64,000 bases of DNA from sequence record MN850615.1, one strand, 5' to 3'. Shown in pieces: positions 48,144 through 56,454 of the stretch; the stretch's first letter is position 1; each line of letters opens with the position of its first letter. The notes under the pieces are model-generated. The model worked only from the letters and a program-made list of their open reading frames with translations, made no database searches and was not told where the DNA came from. Source of the DNA: Escherichia phage kvi. The translations under genes and the position numbers were made by a program.

Positions 48144-48354
48144 ATTCTAAGAAATATTCTGGAACGATATAACCGTTAAAGTCATTGCACTTATAAAAAT
48201 GTGGTGCATTTAATGCTGGATGAGCATTAGTAAAGAGTTTACCCTCTAGAAACAGAATGTAATTAATCGGTCTAATACCGACAGAATCAGGGTCTAAACC
48301 TTTTTCTTTCAGTTCAGCCAGCGTTAAAACTCGTCCAGATCTTAACTTAGCCAT
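48133..48354 (-). CDS. hypothetical protein (73 aa)
   Basis: track ORF. Confidence 0.4.
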   Translation of the reverse strand: MAKLRSGRVLTLAELKEKGLDPDSVGIRPINYILFLEGKLFTNAHPALNAPHFYKCNDFNGYIVPEYFLEFDD

Positions 48355-48640
48355 GATTTACCCCCAATTCATCAAGATTATGTCGCAGCATTTCAGAGTA
48401 TTTTTCTACTTCCTTAATCTTAGTGTGGATCTCCACGATCTCATCCACACTATCAGAAATTTTAATGGCATTCGCGAGCGTGCTTTTACCCGCTTTCACA
48501 GTCTCTTTCATTTCAACCAACATGTCCGCGTGTTTCAATAGTAATTCTTCACGTCGAACATAAGCGGCGGTCAAAGCCTCATCAGCGATTTCTAAAGCAT
48601 TTTCAGCGACACCAACAACCATTTTACGAGTAGACAGCAT
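48347..48640 (-). CDS. hypothetical protein (97 aa)
   Basis: track ORF. Confidence 0.45.
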   Translation of the reverse strand: MLSTRKMVVGVAENALEIADEALTAAYVRREELLLKHADMLVEMKETVKAGKSTLANAIKISDSVDEIVEIHTKIKEVEKYSEMLRHNLDELGVNHG

Positions 48641-48654
48641 AAATTCACCTCACA

Positions 48655-48999
48655 TTATTTCACGTTAACGCCGTCATCAATCCAGCCGACGCTATTTGGT
48701 TTAACAGTTTTACCATAGGATGCATACTTAATCAAGCATGGTTTAACATCATTATCAAATCTTCCTAAACGTACCCCAAGATCAGGAATATCCATGTATG
48801 CGGCTTTATATCCCCATGTACAATATTCAGCATCAATCTCGACCGGGCGGCCTTTAAAAGCATATACTACACCGTGACGGTCAACGATAACATAGCAATA
48901 GCCAGCCGGAAGATACACAGTTTCGCCGTAAACTTTAACTGGAGTAGCAGAAGAGATAAACATAATATAATCCTCACATCGTTCATTTGATGCGGTCAT
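48655..48999 (-). CDS. hypothetical protein (114 aa)
   Basis: track ORF. Confidence 0.45.
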   Translation of the reverse strand: MTASNERCEDYIMFISSATPVKVYGETVYLPAGYCYVIVDRHGVVYAFKGRPVEIDAEYCTWGYKAAYMDIPDLGVRLGRFDNDVKPCLIKYASYGKTVKPNSVGWIDDGVNVK

Positions 49000-49032
49000 T
49001 ATATGATAACCGCATTTTCATGTCAACAGTTT

Positions 49033-49455
49033 TTAAAAATCTTCTTCCGGTTTATATCGACCGTCATCGACTGGTTTTGGACTGAATCCTTTATGCGTGC
49101 ACGGCTTCGCTTCCGGTTTACCAGCAATCATCAAACCAAAACATTTCATTCCCTTATAACACATAACAATATCAACCACGGTCCACGTTATAGGCCATAC
49201 GATTGCAGCAATACAAAATGCTCCTGTATCGACCTCTTTGGTGTCCTTGTCGAATCTGGCGTACAAGCAGAATACTAGATACGAGATCATTGCACCAGTA
49301 GTCCAGATATAAAGCACATTAACAATATCTTGTGTTGTCACATTATCCTCCTTACATGTCTTGCAGTGCATAAAAGCATTTTTCTTCATAGTCATAGAAA
49401 ATGTCAAAGTATGCTTTTTCCACATACTCGCCATTAATCCAAGAGGCAGTAACAA
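49033..49455 (-). CDS. membrane protein (140 aa)
   Basis: track ORF; hydrophobic segments. Confidence 0.45.
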   Translation of the reverse strand: MLLPLGLMASMWKKHTLTFSMTMKKNAFMHCKTCKEDNVTTQDIVNVLYIWTTGAMISYLVFCLYARFDKDTKEVDTGAFCIAAIVWPITWTVVDIVMCYKGMKCFGLMIAGKPEAKPCTHKGFSPKPVDDGRYKPEEDF

Positions 49456-49630
49456 TCAGAGTGGTCCAGTTAGATCCGCTCTCAACGGTAAAGGTTTTAA
49501 TACCCAGCTTCGCTGCCAAGTCGAACGCAAACCGGACGCAACCACGGCAGGAAGTGATATTGGAAGTTTTGATTTTAAAGCCACCGCGAGTTTTAGAAAT
49601 TTCTACTTTAGCGAAAGACAGGTTGCTCAT
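49352..49630 (-). CDS. hypothetical protein (92 aa)
   Basis: track ORF 49352..49687 trimmed to ATG 49630 with AAGGAGAATCAAA leader; overlaps 49033..49455, so one of the two is doubtful. Confidence 0.45.
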   Translation of the reverse strand: MSNLSFAKVEISKTRGGFKIKTSNITSCRGCVRFAFDLAAKLGIKTFTVESGSNWTTLIVTASWINGEYVEKAYFDIFYDYEEKCFYALQDM

Positions 49631-49672
49631 TTTGATTCTCCTTAAGAAAGTGTGTTTCGTTTTGATGTGTGT

Positions 49673-49701
49673 AGTATAGGGGATCACCGATCCCCTGTCA
49701 A
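49673..49701 (-). promoter_or_regulatory. sigma70-type promoter with palindromic spacer (TTGACA-ggggatcggtgatcccc-TATACT)
   Basis: rc of 49696..49701 TTGACA; rc of 49673..49678 TATACT. Confidence 0.6.
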
Positions 49702-49709
49702 CAACTTTT

Positions 49710-50039
49710 TTATGATTTTAGTGAATTAACCACTACATCAAAATGATGTACAGAGTACACCTTATTAAACACATATTCATCGTGTTTAGGAATAGCCCCT
49801 AATCGCTCTATTTCGCTCGCTGACACGATAAACCGTTTATCAGGTGCATTTACCTTATATGCTTCAACAACGCACGGAAAACGCGTTTTAGAGAGTTCGG
49901 GATAGTTTTCTGACTCCATCAGGACAATGAATACCCTATTACATTGATTGTAGAATCCGGTTTTTGATTTCATCAAGTTTTCTTCTCTGTGAAATTCGTG
50001 CAATCTTCCTTTCATGATTTCGTTGGTTCTTGTCTTCAC
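49710..50039 (-). CDS. hypothetical protein (start uncertain; internal ATGs at 49973 and 49919)
   Basis: track ORF overlaps upstream gene by 100 nt. Confidence 0.4.
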   Translation of the reverse strand: MKTRTNEIMKGRLHEFHREENLMKSKTGFYNQCNRVFIVLMESENYPELSKTRFPCVVEAYKVNAPDKRFIVSASEIERLGAIPKHDEYVFNKVYSVHHFDVVVNSLKS

Positions 50040-50280
50040 AGTTTACCCACTCAACAAGGTCTTTACCTAACTCGAAAGCCCATTCTCGGTCCTGTTTTAC
50101 GTTTTGTAGGTATGGACTTTCCGACACTCGACGAAGTGATCTTGTCGCAACAAGAATGATCCCAGGAATGTTCGGATGTTCCTTTCCATATACAATAGGA
50201 CGCGAGTCACTATCAATACCCTGTAAGAAGGTGTATCCTGAATAACTTAGGATCATATACATTTTCATTTCATCCATCAC
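49939..50280 (-). CDS. hypothetical protein (113 aa)
   Basis: track ORF; GAGGAAA SD. Confidence 0.45.
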   Translation of the reverse strand: MMDEMKMYMILSYSGYTFLQGIDSDSRPIVYGKEHPNIPGIILVATRSLRRVSESPYLQNVKQDREWAFELGKDLVEWVNCEDKNQRNHERKIARISQRRKLDEIKNRILQSM

Positions 50281-50390
50281 AGTTTCCTCAACCAGTTATT
50301 AAAGCGAGTAAACAATGATGATTTTCGTGCTTCTTTTACTTTATGTGCACGAAAACCACCAAAACACCATTCATAATCATCACTGAAACA

Positions 50391-50534
50391 TTATTCAACA
50401 GGAACACCCGCATTTCGTAGTTCTCTGGTCGTTATCATGAATCCTTGACATAAGGGGCGACCTTCAACAATGATAGGAAGTTTAACTTTTTCCATGAAAG
50501 TATACCCAGCACGGTCAATAATTTCAATTTTCAT
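50391..50534 (-). CDS. possible small ORF (47 aa)
   Basis: hand-translated in the gap 50281..50523; not in track. Confidence 0.3.
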   Translation of the reverse strand: MKIEIIDRAGYTFMEKVKLPIIVEGRPLCQGFMITTRELRNAGVPVE

Positions 50535-50778
50535 TTACATTATCTCCATAGATCTTTCCAGCAATATCAATTTCACCAGCGCGAACATCTAGGATAAGAT
50601 GTGGTAGGTGTATGCAGTTTTCCCACCCTACGCGCTTCATTTCTTCTACGGTAACGTAAGCCCACCCGTTCGCTGTAATAAAGTCTACTTCAACCTTGAG
50701 AGGAAAGCAAGACTTTTCTATGTCTTCGAATCCGATAATGTGTTTTGTCGTTGAATATGGAATATATCCGGTGATCAT
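50524..50778 (-). CDS. hypothetical protein (84 aa)
   Basis: track ORF. Confidence 0.45.
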   Translation of the reverse strand: MITGYIPYSTTKHIIGFEDIEKSCFPLKVEVDFITANGWAYVTVEEMKRVGWENCIHLPHLILDVRAGEIDIAGKIYGDNVNEN

Positions 50779-51236
50779 TTTGTGATCTCCTTATACTCAA
50801 CACACCATAAGCGGGTAGCCCATGATAAACGCTCATAACGCTGGCAGAAATCGGACCATAGATATTGTGTACCGTCTTGCATGGTTGAAATATGCGTTTT
50901 CTCTCCAACTTTCACGAAAGAAGTATTCGATTTTGTTATCTCGACCGGAGTATATCCGAAAGCTGGTTCCAAGTCAACATCTGAACTAAATGCTAATTTA
51001 ACAGAATTTGTTTTTCTGACCGCTGTCCGGTTTCCTTCTGGGTATAGCACAGCAGGTTTAGCGCCTAAGCGGATAAACTCAGTGTTTTTAATAAACAGAA
51101 TATCATGATAACCGTCATATCCCGACACTTCCATAGTAACAGGAAAATCGATATGTGCTAAACCCGGTAGATCTCGCATATCATGAAATGTAGTCATAAT
51201 CTTTTTCATCCTGTATTCCTCACTCTTCTGTTTCAT
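50775..51236 (-). CDS. hypothetical protein (153 aa)
   Basis: track ORF. Confidence 0.5.
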   Translation of the reverse strand: MKQKSEEYRMKKIMTTFHDMRDLPGLAHIDFPVTMEVSGYDGYHDILFIKNTEFIRLGAKPAVLYPEGNRTAVRKTNSVKLAFSSDVDLEPAFGYTPVEITKSNTSFVKVGEKTHISTMQDGTQYLWSDFCQRYERLSWATRLWCVEYKEITK

Positions 51237-51417
51237 TTCTTTTATATGGTACTATAACAGGATTAATACAGCAAGCACCAATTACGTTATGAGCACCACA
51301 ATTTAAGCATTTATAATCATGGAACTTATTAAGGAATCGCCCGAACTCATAACCGACTAACGCCGCGTGTACTTGAGTCTCGATCTCATCCATATCAGCC
51401 AATGTTTTAACCTTCAT
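51220..51417 (-). CDS. small Cys-rich protein (..CLNCGAHNVIGACC..)
   Basis: track ORF 51220..51456 trimmed to ATG 51417 with GAGGA SD. Confidence 0.45.
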   Translation of the reverse strand: MKVKTLADMDEIETQVHAALVGYEFGRFLNKFHDYKCLNCGAHNVIGACCINPVIVPYKRNETEE

Positions 51418-51427
51418 AATATAATCC

Positions 51428-51718
51428 TCAAATACTGGTTTTGCGAAGATGGTCATTACATGCTTTTAATGCATCAGTCGAGGTGTCATAGCGAGTATTA
51501 TCATAGCACCAATAACCATCTGTCAACTGATAAATTAATCCATCCTTTTTAGCGTCGATGAAAGACAATTCTTTGAAAGTTTCTACTTTCTTTGCTGATA
51601 CTCCACGGTCACGGCGTTTATAGAGTTTAGCTAAAATGCGTTCAGCTTGTTCCTCTTTATCGCCAGACAGATCCCAGATGATGTTTCTGATATGCTTGAT
51701 TAATTGTTCAGTGGTCAT
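51428..51718 (-). CDS. hypothetical protein (96 aa)
   Basis: track ORF; AAGGAGAATCAAAT leader. Confidence 0.5.
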   Translation of the reverse strand: MTTEQLIKHIRNIIWDLSGDKEEQAERILAKLYKRRDRGVSAKKVETFKELSFIDAKKDGLIYQLTDGYWCYDNTRYDTSTDALKACNDHLRKTSI

Positions 51719-51748
51719 ATTTGATTCTCCTTAGTTGGTATGGTTATC

Positions 51749-51776
51749 ATTATACGGGGATTTCTCCCCGTGTCAA
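51749..51776 (-). promoter_or_regulatory. sigma70-type promoter with hairpin spacer (TTGACA-cggggagaaatccccgt-TATAAT)
   Basis: rc of 51771..51776 TTGACA; rc of 51749..51754 TATAAT. Confidence 0.6.
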
Positions 51777-51779
51777 CAA

Positions 51780-52001
51780 TTAAATGATCTCTGCTTCACC
51801 GTTAAGGAAGAAAGACCATGTTTTGTTAGGATAACGAAGCGCCCACGATTCAGCAGTTTTAACACCAGCTTCGAACAATTGACGGCTGGTTACTTTAGCC
51901 ATACCATCTTCGATGGCAACGTTTTCAATAATCATCGGGTACTTAGCGCCACGCATGAAACCGAAGCCAGCGGAAGATTTGATAATTTTAACAGTTGCCA
52001 T
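51780..52001 (-). CDS. hypothetical protein (73 aa, MATVKIIK...)
   Basis: track ORF 51780..52055 trimmed to ATG 52001 with AGGAGAATCAAAA leader. Confidence 0.5.
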   Translation of the reverse strand: MATVKIIKSSAGFGFMRGAKYPMIIENVAIEDGMAKVTSRQLFEAGVKTAESWALRYPNKTWSFFLNGEAEII

Positions 52002-52040
52002 TTTTGATTCTCCTAGAAAGTGTCGTGTTTCGATGGGTGT

Positions 52041-52069
52041 ATTATGCAATAACACCGGATCGCTGTCAA
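52041..52069 (-). promoter_or_regulatory. sigma70-type promoter (TTGACA-N17-CATAAT)
   Basis: rc of 52064..52069 TTGACA; rc of 52041..52046 CATAAT. Confidence 0.5.
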
Positions 52070-52086
52070 CACTTTCTAAGAAAAAT

Positions 52087-52371
52087 TTAAACTAATCGAA
52101 TATAACCAAGAATTTCAGCACCTTTAGCCAGTCCTAAAACTTCCCATTCAAGGTCGCCGTAGTCATAATTTGCAACCATCAACTGACCATTTTTCATGCA
52201 GCAATCATGAGAGAAAATTTGCCCCGCATAAACTACGATAGTAATAAACTTTCCTGATTCTGGCGGTGTGGAAGACAAAGCGACCATATGACCATTCAGC
52301 TTAGTAACCAGTGATGGAACAATAAAATTCGGGCTTACCTTAATACCGTTAAATTCGTTTGTGTCTTTCAT
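52087..52371 (-). CDS. hypothetical protein (94 aa)
   Basis: track ORF. Confidence 0.45.
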   Translation of the reverse strand: MKDTNEFNGIKVSPNFIVPSLVTKLNGHMVALSSTPPESGKFITIVVYAGQIFSHDCCMKNGQLMVANYDYGDLEWEVLGLAKGAEILGYIRLV

Positions 52372-52718
52372 GCCAGACCTCGCAAAACACTAATAGCATA
52401 ATCATGCTGGTTATTCATAATATCGATTGCATTGTGATAACGAGCTAAACCATCAAGGATAAATTCTTGTTTATCCTGTTTCAGTTTGGTATCACGCGCA
52501 GCCATAAGAGCATCAAGAACAGGTCCAAAGTGATTATCTAATTCATCTTCGGTTGCAATGTTTCCTATTGCCTCGTCGATCCGTGATTCTAATGCTTGCT
52601 TTTCGTTGATCACTTGCTGGGTATATTCCAACACATCAAGGATATCGCGGGTAACGTCGCCATGATAAGGTATTCCCGCATGAAGATGATCAATTAGTCG
52701 TTGAATGTCAATGTTCAT
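52368..52718 (-). CDS. hypothetical protein (116 aa)
   Basis: track ORF. Confidence 0.5.
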   Translation of the reverse strand: MNIDIQRLIDHLHAGIPYHGDVTRDILDVLEYTQQVINEKQALESRIDEAIGNIATEDELDNHFGPVLDALMAARDTKLKQDKQEFILDGLARYHNAIDIMNNQHDYAISVLRGLA

Positions 52719-53053
52719 TTGTAACCCTCCTCTGAAAGCACATCCCAGATCGTTGAGTCAAGGTGCATTAAATTCCACATAATAGAGTCATAACTACCGA
52801 AGCCAGAAGTAAAAATTACATCACACTGGCGATAGGTCTTATGAAAATCGGTGGCTGTCTCTGCATCAATAGGCATATCGTCACCGGAAAGCACCAGACA
52901 TTTAAGAATCATAACTCTGTTAGCCGTTGGCGCTTGCTTAGTCTTTTCAGCATATTTTTCGATGATCCGTTTTGCCTTTTCTTCTTTGATACGTCCAGAC
53001 CAAATCCGGTTTCGGTATTGATTCATAATAATTTCAATCACATCATTTTGCAT
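52715..53053 (-). CDS. hypothetical protein (112 aa)
   Basis: track ORF. Confidence 0.5.
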   Translation of the reverse strand: MQNDVIEIIMNQYRNRIWSGRIKEEKAKRIIEKYAEKTKQAPTANRVMILKCLVLSGDDMPIDAETATDFHKTYRQCDVIFTSGFGSYDSIMWNLMHLDSTIWDVLSEEGYK

Positions 53054-53252
53054 TCTTCACGGTCTCCATAATGGTTTTGTAAGCCAGTTTAAGATGATCA
53101 CCGAAAAACTTTGCGGTGTCACCCTTCGGATCGCGGAGCATGGTTTCTACGATCTCATCGGCAGCAACAATTTCTCCTTTCTTTGCTGCATGTTCTACCA
53201 TATACTTCAAAGTTTCTTCGGAAGCAAGTGCTGCGGCTACTGGATTAATCAT
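53043..53252 (-). CDS. hypothetical protein (69 aa)
   Basis: track ORF; AAGGAGAATCAAA leader. Confidence 0.45.
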   Translation of the reverse strand: MINPVAAALASEETLKYMVEHAAKKGEIVAADEIVETMLRDPKGDTAKFFGDHLKLAYKTIMETVKNAK

Positions 53253-53281
53253 TTTGATTCTCCTTTGTTGTCGATGTGTGC

Positions 53282-53310
53282 ATTATGCTATACCCTATTC
53301 CGGTTGTCAA
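53282..53310 (-). promoter_or_regulatory. sigma70-type promoter (TTGACA-N17-CATAAT)
   Basis: rc of 53305..53310 TTGACA; rc of 53282..53287 CATAAT. Confidence 0.5.
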
Positions 53311-53315
53311 CACCT

Positions 53316-53346
53316 AAAAACGAAAAAGCCACCCTTTCGGATGGCT
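53316..53346 (-). terminator. rho-independent terminator immediately upstream of the promoter
   Basis: hairpin agcca..tggct with U-run TTTTTCGTTTTT on minus strand. Confidence 0.55.
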
Positions 53347-53579
53347 TTTGATTATATTTTATTCACGTCCATTTGTATAGTAGTGTTTGAATCGACCTTT
53401 GCTAAACTAGTTAAACATAGTAACCAATTCACCATCCCTTTCCAATGATAACCCTTCCTCGTCTTAGACGGGTCTTCCGATTCGGTAGTAATTGAACACG
53501 CGAAAGTATGAGGAAGCCAAATAGTTGTGTTAATGCTAGTATTCTTTTACTTCTGGTATGCATCCCACGGTGACTAACA

Positions 53580-53978
53580 TTAAGCCAGTCGAGTGAGTTT
53601 ATAAATTGTTTTAAAGCATAGAGCTTTGATATCGTCTAAAACGCTCTGTAACGAGCTATCAACATCATTATAAATCTCACTAGCCATTTGCGTTAACTCT
53701 TGCAAATAGGCAATTTCGCTAATCTCCTTGCGAACGACCAACGTTGGCTGATAACGACCAGTGATCCCAATATTGGTTTCAGTGAAATCATCAACCAATT
53801 CTTGCATTTCAAGATAGAACTCTTCTAGAGCCTTATGTTTTGCATAAGATCCAGGACCAGTTACCCCAAAATGCGCAGAATGCATATAAGTAACACTCAT
53901 CAGACATTCACCGATAAAGCGGTCAACTTTATTATCTTTTCCCTCTTCGGACGTCTTTCGAAAATCACTGAATTTCAT
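53580..53978 (-). CDS. hypothetical protein (132 aa, MKFSDFRK...)
   Basis: track ORF 53580..54077 trimmed to ATG 53978 with GGAGAA SD; longer start overlaps rI-like gene. Confidence 0.45.
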   Translation of the reverse strand: MKFSDFRKTSEEGKDNKVDRFIGECLMSVTYMHSAHFGVTGPGSYAKHKALEEFYLEMQELVDDFTETNIGITGRYQPTLVVRKEISEIAYLQELTQMASEIYNDVDSSLQSVLDDIKALCFKTIYKLTRLA

Positions 53979-54267
53979 GTTCTCGATTCTCCATATTATG
54001 CAACATAACAAACTGTTGTGCGGCATATTCCCCCATAATAAAACACTGCTTAGAATCCATACATTTACTACGAGCATACATCTTCATAATATGGGCATGA
54101 AATTTCTGGCTGGTTTCAATAGAAGGAGATATTTTGTTTACATATACTATCATTGCACCGTCGAAATAATCAGTAAAGTCACCAGTTGGATCATATTGAT
54201 CAGCACTGACACTTCCGACCGCAGTCAAGCATATTGCCGCTGTTAGAGTTTTACGAATAAATGACAT
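53965..54267 (-). CDS. rI: lysis-inhibition regulator RI-like protein (N-terminal signal-anchor, about 100 aa)
   Basis: hydrophobic N-terminus ..LTAAICLTAVGSVSA..; immediately downstream of tk as rI is in T4; late-promoter motif upstream. Confidence 0.55.
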   Translation of the reverse strand: MSFIRKTLTAAICLTAVGSVSADQYDPTGDFTDYFDGAMIVYVNKISPSIETSQKFHAHIMKMYARSKCMDSKQCFIMGEYAAQQFVMLHNMENREHEIQ

Positions 54268-54300
54268 AAGTCATTCCCCCAGATTGAAAATATTCAGTTA

Positions 54301-54308
54301 TATTTATA
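54301..54308 (-). promoter_or_regulatory. T4-type late promoter motif TATAAATA upstream of rI-like gene
   Basis: rc of 54301..54308 is TATAAATA, about 33 nt upstream of ATG 54267. Confidence 0.55.
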
Positions 54309-54335
54309 ATCTGGGGCTTTATTTATGATTAACTC

Positions 54336-54932
54336 TTATTTGGTAGTACCGTCAATAAAATGTTTACGACACACAGAAACATATTTATCCTCTGCGCCGA
54401 CTTCTATTTGAGCACCATCGCGAATAACATTACCCTCTTTATCTACACGAAGGACCATTGTTGCTTTCTTGCCACAATGACAAATACCCTTCATTTCGAC
54501 CAGTTTATCAGCAAATGCCATTAATGCCGCAGATCCTTCAAATAGATTGCCCTGAAAGTCAGTGCGAAGGCCATAGCACAGTACAGGGATATTTGCATCA
54601 TCAACAAGCGCACACAAGCCTAAAACATGCTCTTTAGTCATAAATTGGGCTTCGTCTACAAAAACTGCATCTGGACGCCATCGATCCGGTCTACGCTTAC
54701 CTAACGATTCACGATAAACCAAGTCGAAAAGATCATCCGATTTAGTGAAGGTGATCGCTGGAGCACTTAGACCAATTCGGGAAACGACTTCACTTTCTGA
54801 ATCTCGATTATCAATCGCTGGCTTAAGAATTAATACTCGCATATCACGTTCTGTATAGTTATAAGCACTTTGTAACAGGGAAGTTGATTTGCCAGCGTTC
54901 ATAGATGCATAGTAGAAATATAATTGCGCCAT
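54336..54932 (-). CDS. tk: thymidine kinase
   Basis: 198 aa; P-loop ..MNAGKSTSLL.., zinc-binding cysteines ..CHCG..; recalls T4 Tk. Confidence 0.9.
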   Translation of the reverse strand: MAQLYFYYASMNAGKSTSLLQSAYNYTERDMRVLILKPAIDNRDSESEVVSRIGLSAPAITFTKSDDLFDLVYRESLGKRRPDRWRPDAVFVDEAQFMTKEHVLGLCALVDDANIPVLCYGLRTDFQGNLFEGSAALMAFADKLVEMKGICHCGKKATMVLRVDKEGNVIRDGAQIEVGAEDKYVSVCRKHFIDGTTK

Positions 54933-55225
54933 TAATTAATCTCCAAAAATCCAGCAAGACCTAAACCAATATAAGTCCAGATACAAAGGAAAAAGAAGCA
55001 AACACCCATAGCAAAGATAAATCCGCGTAGTGTCTTTGGATAACCTACCCAATATTCCCGACCATTTTCTAACCGGATCAGTTTATTTCCTTGAGAGTCC
55101 ATATCAATTACAACATGTTTATTTCTGGATTGTAACAGATATTGCTTGACAATCTCAATACCCGCCATAATAACAATAACGAAATTAAAAGTCCACATAA
55201 CAAGGTTAATGATAGTCTCAAGCAT
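54932..55225 (-). CDS. small membrane protein (two predicted TM helices)
   Basis: track ORF; hydrophobic N- and C-terminal segments. Confidence 0.45.
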   Translation of the reverse strand: MLETIINLVMWTFNFVIVIMAGIEIVKQYLLQSRNKHVVIDMDSQGNKLIRLENGREYWVGYPKTLRGFIFAMGVCFFFLCIWTYIGLGLAGFLEIN

Positions 55226-55460
55226 TTTCTATCACCTCCACCCAATCAGGCGTTTCCTGAAATACTCCTTCGCCTTCGTGGTGGATGCATCCTTTATTGC
55301 TACAATACATCCACCAATCCCACATTCCCCACGGTAAACGCTGCATATCGTCGTTACAGCAAGTGAAGACAATAGGCCAACCACATCTAACACATCGGCA
55401 GTTTTCCTTCATGTGAGCGGTATTAGGATTCTTCATAGATGACTCCAATATAATCGACAT
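55218..55460 (-). CDS. small Cys/His-rich protein (putative zinc-binding)
   Basis: ..CRCVRCGWPIVFTCCN..CSNKGCIHH.. Confidence 0.4.
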   Translation of the reverse strand: MSIILESSMKNPNTAHMKENCRCVRCGWPIVFTCCNDDMQRLPWGMWDWWMYCSNKGCIHHEGEGVFQETPDWVEVIENA

Positions 55461-55627
55461 TTACATTTAGGGCAATGCGGTTCTTTAATATAATACCCGT
55501 CTGTCTTTGGAACACTAACAGGAGCGGTTTTTATATTGTATTCCGTGAAACAACGAAAACAAGTTACGTTTTCCACAGACTGACGTTTCACCCAATCACC
55601 GGAATAGAGGTCATTTTTATTTGTCAT
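55433..55627 (-). CDS. small zinc-ribbon-like protein
   Basis: track ORF 55433..55663 trimmed to ATG 55627; ..CFRCF..CPKCKC.. Confidence 0.4.
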   Translation of the reverse strand: MTNKNDLYSGDWVKRQSVENVTCFRCFTEYNIKTAPVSVPKTDGYYIKEPHCPKCKCRLYWSHL

Positions 55628-56072
55628 ATTCCACCACCACAATGTTAATGTCTGGAGTAGCAATATTAATGATCTCTTCTACACATTCCCACTCAAGGCC
55701 ACCGATACCGCAACCGATTTTAGGAATATAGAAAGGCTGTATAGCACCTTCAAAAACATCATTGAGAGTCTCAAATCCTTTCAGGATAGCACCATATTCA
55801 GCATTTGGACCCGGTCGGAATTGGGTATAGAGATTCACCCCGCACCAGTTATAACCATTAACTCGATGAGTCCAGACACTAAACCCACCCAGCTTTTCGA
55901 CCTTACCGCGAGAAGTTTGCTTGTCAATCTCTAACGCTTGCGGGAACTCTTTCGCGATCTTCGCAGCAATACCAGCGCCCATAGTATGAAAACAATTACA
56001 ACCATGAATTAAATGACCGTTTCCTTGTTTAAACAGGGCGATGAGATCGCCCTTTACAGTATCAATAATCAT
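55617..56072 (-). CDS. macrodomain protein of the TARG1/DarG-like type (putative ADP-ribose hydrolase)
   Basis: 151 aa; ..HLIHGCNCFHTMGAGIAAKI.. and ..PKIGCGIGGLEWECV.. recall TARG1 (..CRMGAGIA.. / ..PRIGCGLDRLQWENV..). Confidence 0.6.
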   Translation of the reverse strand: MIIDTVKGDLIALFKQGNGHLIHGCNCFHTMGAGIAAKIAKEFPQALEIDKQTSRGKVEKLGGFSVWTHRVNGYNWCGVNLYTQFRPGPNAEYGAILKGFETLNDVFEGAIQPFYIPKIGCGIGGLEWECVEEIINIATPDINIVVVEYDK

Positions 56073-56087
56073 AATATAAACCTCTCA

Positions 56088-56447
56088 TTAGTCACGGGAA
56101 GACAACCCAGCCATAAAACGGCTTAACAGTGTGTCGCGATAAGCAAAGCATAATTGCTTATCAGGAGCAGTATCACACAAGTTGCGTTTTGTTTTAGCAA
56201 AGCTGGCAATACTCAGATCCCATGCTCGATTTTTTCGTTTTTCGTCTCGACCTTGTTTGTATGCTTCATCAAGTTCGAGCGCGATAAAATCACTACACAT
56301 GTTATCATCATCACAGAAGGTTTTAATGATCTTTTTGTTGATCTCAAATCCTTTGTATTCGAACTTTGGATAAGGGCGCTCATTACTAGCAAGCGCACCA
56401 GCCGAGAACATCATAGCAATCATAGCAACTATTGTCAACTTTTTCAT
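56088..56447 (-). CDS. secreted/periplasmic protein (cleavable signal peptide, 4 Cys)
   Basis: N-terminus MKKLTIVAMIAMMFSAGALA. Confidence 0.5.
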   Translation of the reverse strand: MKKLTIVAMIAMMFSAGALASNERPYPKFEYKGFEINKKIIKTFCDDDNMCSDFIALELDEAYKQGRDEKRKNRAWDLSIASFAKTKRNLCDTAPDKQLCFAYRDTLLSRFMAGLSSRD

Positions 56448-56454
56448 ATATTCC

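Noticed and set aside
53600-53625. MotA-box-like TGCTTTA (T4 middle promoter element)
   Set aside because: Distance to the nearest -10-like hexamer is about 8 nt instead of the expected 11-13; too weak to call
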